DNA of 35,339 bases from positions 1-35,339 of the forward strand of contig CALXXK010000003.1 of the NCBI GenBank assembly GCA_944392675.1. Direction: 5' to 3'. Under the pieces are notes generated by a model. That model made no database searches. It saw nothing but the letters and a program-made list of their open reading frames with translations, and had not been told where the DNA came from. The stretch comes from an uncultured Clostridia bacterium. Its GTDB lineage: Bacteria; Bacillota; Clostridia; TANB77; CAG-508. The translations under genes and the position numbers were made by a program. Of the stretch, positions 28,653 through 35,339 are shown in pieces. Positions within the stretch are counted from its first letter, which is position 1, and each line of letters begins with the position of its first letter.

Positions 28653-28862
28653 TTATCCACAATTTCTGAAAAATTATCCACATTTTTTTAAAATTTTCCA
28701 CAATCTTATTGACTAATTATATTTTTATTTGTTATTATATGAAAGTACAAATTTATATGCAATTTTTGTTGATATATAAATAAATTTTTGTTCGTAACAT
28801 TTTATTGTTTATTACAAATTTATTACAAACTTATCAACAGTTGTGGATAACTTTGTGGATAA
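28653..28862. promoter_or_regulatory. oriC upstream DnaA-box cluster and dnaA promoter
   Basis: TTATCCACA 28653 and 28674, TTTTCCACA 28694, TTATCAACA 28831, TGTGGATAA 28842 and 28854; TTGACT 28709 with TGtTATTAT (-10 at 28733). Confidence 0.9.
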
Positions 28863-28887
28863 TTTATAAGAAGGGGTTGATATTTCC

Positions 28888-30246
28888 ATGACATTAGACA
28901 AAGATGAATTAGCAGCCAAAATTAAAGAACTACTAAAACCTGAAGTTACGAAAATATCTTATGATACTTGGATTCTTCCTTTAAACATCAGAAGTATAGA
29001 AGAAGATCATATTGTATTTACTGCTAATTCAGAATTTCAAAAAGATTTCTTAGAAAATAAATACAGAAGTCTACTTTTCAATACATTAAGATACATAACA
29101 AACAAAGATTGGACTTTTTCTGTTATTGATTTATCAAAAGAAGAAAACGAAAACATTTCTACAGATGTTATAAAAGATGAAAATAATGCTGATTCATCAG
29201 CAGAAGTTGAATTAAATAAATCTACATTAAATCCCAAATATACTTTTGACACATTTGTAGTTGGCAATAATAACAGATTCGCTCATGCAGCAGCTTTAGC
29301 CGTTGGAAATGAACCTGCAAAATCATATAATCCTTTATTTCTCTATGGAGGTGTTGGTTTAGGAAAAACTCACTTAATGCACGCAATAGGAAATAGGATA
29401 GTAGAAAACAATAGAAATAGCAATGTTTTATATGTTACATCTGAAAAATTTACAAACCAGCTAATAAATGCGATAAAAGATAATAAAAATGAATTTTTTA
29501 GAAATAAATACAGAAATATTGATGTTCTACTAATAGATGATATTCAATTTATTGCAGGAAAAGAAAGAGTTCAAGAAGAATTTTTCCATACTTTTAATTC
29601 GCTCTATGAAGATGGAAAACAAATAATTATATCTAGTGATAAACCTCCTAGAGACATACAGTTTTTAGAAGATAGATTAAAATCTAGATTTGAATGGGGA
29701 TTATTGGCAGATATTTCATGTCCAGATTATGAAACTCGTTTAGCCATATTGCGAAAAAAAGCTCAAGATGAAAATATAATTATAGATGATTTTATACTTT
29801 CTAATATAGCAAATAAAATAGATTCAAATATTAGAGAATTAGAAGGTGTATTTAACAAAATAGTAGCAAGAGCTTCATTAACACATAGTCCAATAACTAT
29901 AGAATTAGCAGAAAATATAATAAATGAATTTAAATATGAAAGTGAAAAAGTAATATCTTGTGACTTTATAAAAGAAACTGTTTCAAAATATTTTAGTATA
30001 AACAAGGATGATCTATCAGGAAACAAAAGATCAAATGATATAGCATTCCCAAGACAAATTGCAATGTATCTTTGTAGAGAAGTAGCTAATATGTCTTATC
30101 CTCAAATAGGTATTGATTTTGGAGGAAGAGATCATTCCACAGTTATGCATGCTTGTAGAAAAATAGAAAAAGAAATAAAAGAAAAAAATAATACAAAGTT
30201 AATTGTGGATAGTGTGAAAAACATAATAATAAATGGTAAACAATAA
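28888..30246 (+). CDS. dnaA: Chromosomal replication initiator DnaA
   Basis: YNPLFLYGGVGLGKTHL, LLIDDIQF, RLKSRF, GGRDHSTVMHA. Confidence 0.99.
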   Translation: MTLDKDELAAKIKELLKPEVTKISYDTWILPLNIRSIEEDHIVFTANSEFQKDFLENKYRSLLFNTLRYITNKDWTFSVIDLSKEENENISTDVIKDENNADSSAEVELNKSTLNPKYTFDTFVVGNNNRFAHAAALAVGNEPAKSYNPLFLYGGVGLGKTHLMHAIGNRIVENNRNSNVLYVTSEKFTNQLINAIKDNKNEFFRNKYRNIDVLLIDDIQFIAGKERVQEEFFHTFNSLYEDGKQIIISSDKPPRDIQFLEDRLKSRFEWGLLADISCPDYETRLAILRKKAQDENIIIDDFILSNIANKIDSNIRELEGVFNKIVARASLTHSPITIELAENIINEFKYESEKVISCDFIKETVSKYFSINKDDLSGNKRSNDIAFPRQIAMYLCREVANMSYPQIGIDFGGRDHSTVMHACRKIEKEIKEKNNTKLIVDSVKNIIINGKQ

Positions 30247-30346
30247 GAAGTTCTAAATAAAAGTTTCAATTTTTAAATTTTTGTTTGTAAAAATTATTGT
30301 TTGCCAAAAGATAATTCAATATATTCTTACGGAACAGCTATATTGG

Positions 30347-30565
30347 ATATCCACACCTTAATGTTAATAAACTGTTAATAAAGTGTGTATATCTCAATTA
30401 TTCACAAAAGAAAAAAATAACTGTGGATTATTTTTAAAGTTTTCCACTATATTATCAACATCAATTTTATTAGGGATACTAACTTTCAACATAGTTTTCC
30501 ACAGTTTCCACAGTACCTAATACTATTACTACTAATATAATATTTATTTTATTTATAATATATAA
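30347..30565 (+). other. oriC unwinding region: DnaA boxes, DnaA-trios and AT-rich element
   Basis: Boxes ATATCCACA 30347, TTATTCACA 30398, TGTGGATTA 30422, TTATCAACA 30452, tandem TTTTCCACA 30495 / GTTTCCACA 30504, then TAA-TAC-TAT-TAC-TAC-TAA (30518-30535) and a pure A/T tract, as in the Bacillus subtilis basal unwinding system. Confidence 0.9.
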
Positions 30566-30578
30566 AGGAGGAACCAAA

Positions 30579-31697
30579 ATGAAAATAGTTTGTTATAAGG
30601 ATAAAATCCTTAAAGCTTTAAATTCCGTAGTAAAAGGAGTAGCATCAAAAACAACAATGCCTATACTAGAAGGAATATTAATTCAAACAAATGATAATGA
30701 AATAAAATTAACAACATATGATTTAGAAATAGGAATAGAATATGTAATGGAATGTGAAGTAAAAGAACAAGGTAGTACAGTAGTAAATGCAATAATGTTT
30801 AGTGAAATAATTAGAAAATTACCAGATACAGAAATTTATATAACTTTAAATGACAAAAATTTATTAGAAATAGAATGTGAAGGATCTTTATATAAATTAG
30901 CAACAATGAATCCAGAAGAATTTCCAGAATTACCAAAAATAGAAGTTGAAAATTCTATAGAAATAGACCAAAATGTATTAAAAAATATGATAAGAAAAAC
31001 AATTTTTGCTGTTAGTACAGAAGAAAGTAGACCAATTTTTACAGGATGTTTATTTGAAATTGAAAATAATAAATTAAGTTTAGTAGCTGTAGATGGATTT
31101 AGATTAGCTTTAAGAAGTATATTCCTTACTAAACAAACTAATAACTTTAGTGCAGTAATACCAGGAAAAACATTAAATGAATTAAATAAAATAATAACTG
31201 ATTCATTTGAACCAATAAAAATGGGAGTATCAAAAAATCAAGCATTATTTGAAATGGATAATTGTAAAATAGTTACAAGAATTCTAGATGGAGAATTTTT
31301 AAATTATAAAAATGTAATTCCAAATAATTGGGAAACAAGAATAAGAGTAAACAAAAACAGTATACAAGACAGTTTTGAAAGAATAAGTTTAATTTCAGCA
31401 TCAACAATTGAAAAAGAAAAGAAATATCCTGTAAAAGTACAAGTTGACATAGGAAAAGTTACTATATCATGTACAAATCAAACAGGAGATGCAAAAGAAG
31501 AATTATATGTTTCAACAGAAGGAAAAAATTTAGAAGCAGGATTTAATCCAAAATATTTCTTGGATAGTTTAAAAGCTATTGATGATGAAGAAGTATATAT
31601 AGAATTTGGAACAAGTATATCACCATGTTTAATAAAATCAGTTGATAATAAAGACTATACATATATGATTTTACCAATTAGATTAAAAGAAGATTAA
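30579..31697 (+). CDS. dnaN: DNA polymerase III beta clamp
   Basis: TMPILEGILI, VAVDGFRLA, GFNPKYFLD, YMILPIRL. Confidence 0.98.
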   Translation: MKIVCYKDKILKALNSVVKGVASKTTMPILEGILIQTNDNEIKLTTYDLEIGIEYVMECEVKEQGSTVVNAIMFSEIIRKLPDTEIYITLNDKNLLEIECEGSLYKLATMNPEEFPELPKIEVENSIEIDQNVLKNMIRKTIFAVSTEESRPIFTGCLFEIENNKLSLVAVDGFRLALRSIFLTKQTNNFSAVIPGKTLNELNKIITDSFEPIKMGVSKNQALFEMDNCKIVTRILDGEFLNYKNVIPNNWETRIRVNKNSIQDSFERISLISASTIEKEKKYPVKVQVDIGKVTISCTNQTGDAKEELYVSTEGKNLEAGFNPKYFLDSLKAIDDEEVYIEFGTSISPCLIKSVDNKDYTYMILPIRLKED

Positions 31698-31722
31698 AGG
31701 TAGAAAATTCTGCCTTTATTTT
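31695..31722 (+). terminator. Terminator after dnaN
   Basis: TAAAGGTAGAA-AA-TTCTGCCTTTA followed by T tract. Confidence 0.65.
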
Positions 31723-31786
31723 TAAATATAAAACATTATTATATTTAAAAATAAATTTATAAACAAATTACTTGAATTTTTTTATA

Positions 31787-31820
31787 GTTATCCACAATTT
31801 GTTTTTTCATTGTGGATAAC
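31787..31820. promoter_or_regulatory. Inverted pair of perfect DnaA boxes downstream of dnaN
   Basis: GTTATCCACAA (31787-31797) and TTGTGGATAAC (31810-31820). Confidence 0.8.
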
Positions 31821-31851
31821 GGATATTGAGAATTAATAAAAAAATAACAAA

Positions 31852-32481
31852 AAAATCGAAAAAAATAGAATAAATTAGAAAAAAAAAAGAAAATGAAAGA
31901 AAAAACGAAGCTTTAAAATCCAAAATAAGCAGTTTTTATTTTATAATAATATAAATTTATTATAAAATAAAAAAAATCAAAAAAAATCGAAAAAAATAGA
32001 ATTAATTAGAAAATTAAAGAAAAATAAAATAAATTTAAGAATTTTTTTATAATTAAATATGTAATAATACAAAAGAAAAAGAATAAAAAAGAAAAAAATC
32101 GAAAAAAATAGGAAATAAAAGAAAAGTGAAATATATTAATAAAAAATAAATTATATAAATAAAAAAATAGCAGAAAATAAAAAAGAGATTTTAAAATAAT
32201 TAATTTAAATAAATAAATAAGATTTAAAATAATTAATTAAAATATAAATTAATAAATGATAAACAATAATAAATAAAAAAAATTAAAAAAAATAGAAAAA
32301 AAAAGAAAAAAATAGAATAAATTAGAAAAAATAAAAAAACAAAGAAAAAATAGAGCCACGAAAATTAAAAATAAGCTATTTTTATTTTTTAGTAATATAA
32401 TTTATTAAATAAAATTAAATTAAAAATAAAAAGAAAATAATAAAAATTTGAAAAAAATCGAAAAAAATAGAATAAATTAGA
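31852..32481 (+). repeat. A-rich array with copies of AAAATCGAAAAAAATAGAATAAATTAGA
   Basis: Exact at 31852 and 32454, one mismatch at 31983, partial near 32095 and 32305. Confidence 0.85.
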
Positions 32482-32581
32482 AAAAAAAAGAATAAAAGAG
32501 TTTATAAATTGTGGAAAAACATATAAAAAAATAAAAATAAATAGAAAATAGATATAAAAATTAATAAAAATGGAGAATAAT

Positions 32582-33652
32582 ATGTGGATAAATAAAATAA
32601 AAATAAATAATTTTAGAAATTATAAAAATGAAGAAATTGATTTAGAAAAAAATATAAATATTTTTTATGGAGAAAATGCACAAGGAAAAACAAATATAAT
32701 AGAAGCTATTTTTTTATCTAGTATGGGAAAATCTTTTAGAGCTAAAAAAGATAATGAAATGATAAATTTAGATTCAAATAATTCAATTATAGAAATTGAA
32801 TATAATAAAAAAGATAGAGAAGGTAAAATAAAAATAGAATTAGGAAATAAAAAAAATATTTATTTAAACGGAATAAAGTTAAAAAAATTAAGTGAATTGT
32901 TAGGGAATATTAATATTGTAATTTTTACGCCAGATGATATTAATATTTTAAAAGGAAGCCCAAAAGAAAGAAGAAGATTTTTAGATATAATGATTAGTCA
33001 ATTAAAACCTAATTATATGTATAATTTAAATTTATATTTAAAAACCTTAGAACAAAGAAATAAATATTTAAAACAAATCAAGGAAGAAAATAAAGATGAA
33101 AATTTATTAGAGATTTGGGATGAAAAATTAATAGAGTATGGTACAAACGTATATAAATATAGGAAAGAATTTATGGAAAAAATAAAAAATAAAATAAAAG
33201 AAATCCATAATAAAATAACAGATAATAAAGAAAATATTGAGATAGAATATTTAACGGAATGTGATAGTAAAGAAAAATATTTAAAAAATTTAAAAGAAAG
33301 AAGAAAATTAGATATAATAAAAGGTTACACAACAAAGGGAATACATAGAGATGATTTTATTATATATATTAATGATAAACAATTAGATATTTATGGTTCG
33401 CAAGGGCAACATAGAACAGCTATATTATCTTTAAAATTAGCTGAATTAAATATAATAAAAGATGAAATAGGAGAAAATCCAATTTTATTATTAGATGATT
33501 TTATGTCAGAATTGGATGGAAATAGAAAAAAACATTTTTTAGAAAATATAGAAGATACACAAGTAATAATTACGTGTACTGAAGAAATAAAACTTGCAAA
33601 TGAAAATATTTTAATATATAATGTGAAAAGTGGAAGAGTTTATAAAAAATAA
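32582..33652 (+). CDS. recF: DNA replication/repair protein RecF
   Basis: NFRNY, GENAQGKTN, GIHRDD, GSQGQHR, PILLLDDFMSELD; ATG at 32582 follows GGAG (track start 32570). Confidence 0.97.
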   Translation: MWINKIKINNFRNYKNEEIDLEKNINIFYGENAQGKTNIIEAIFLSSMGKSFRAKKDNEMINLDSNNSIIEIEYNKKDREGKIKIELGNKKNIYLNGIKLKKLSELLGNINIVIFTPDDINILKGSPKERRRFLDIMISQLKPNYMYNLNLYLKTLEQRNKYLKQIKEENKDENLLEIWDEKLIEYGTNVYKYRKEFMEKIKNKIKEIHNKITDNKENIEIEYLTECDSKEKYLKNLKERRKLDIIKGYTTKGIHRDDFIIYINDKQLDIYGSQGQHRTAILSLKLAELNIIKDEIGENPILLLDDFMSELDGNRKKHFLENIEDTQVIITCTEEIKLANENILIYNVKSGRVYKK

Positions 33653-33683
33653 ATTTCAAAAGAAAATATACAAATAAAACTAG

Positions 33684-35339
<1,656 letters not shown>

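Noticed and set aside
31852-32481. CRISPR array
   Set aside because: Repeats are low-complexity and irregularly spaced, intervening DNA is also repetitive, no cas genes

Overview
Very AT-rich, Clostridia-type chromosomal window spanning the replication origin. Right part: conserved origin gene order DUF4446-parB-parA-rsmG-mnmG-mnmE-jag-yidC-yidD-rnpA-rpmH <- oriC -> dnaA-dnaN-recF-gyrB (partial), plus two tRNA-Ser genes; noc, yaaA and remB are not at their usual positions. Left part (1595-17955, minus strand): a Gram-positive T4SS-like locus (three TrbC/VirB2-like pilins, PrgI/VirB3-like, a membrane-anchored VirB4 partner, VirB4 ATPase, VirB6-like, two possible VirB8/NTF2-like proteins and a giant multi-domain peptidoglycan hydrolase) with no relaxase, coupling protein, integrase or att duplication in the window. 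Most striking signal: both broken reading frames in the window (mnmE and the giant hydrolase) are repaired by skipping one base at an in-frame CGG codon (CGG-N read as GGN, Gly), and a by-eye scan found no other in-frame CGG codon in the called genes. This suggests systematic +1 recoding at CGG, although assembly error is not excluded. Other features: a 256-bp palindrome between parA and rsmG, a 28-bp repeat in mirror orientation on the two sides of oriC, and a 14-nt homopolymer in a pilin promoter spacer. All calls are from manual motif recognition; no database searches were run.
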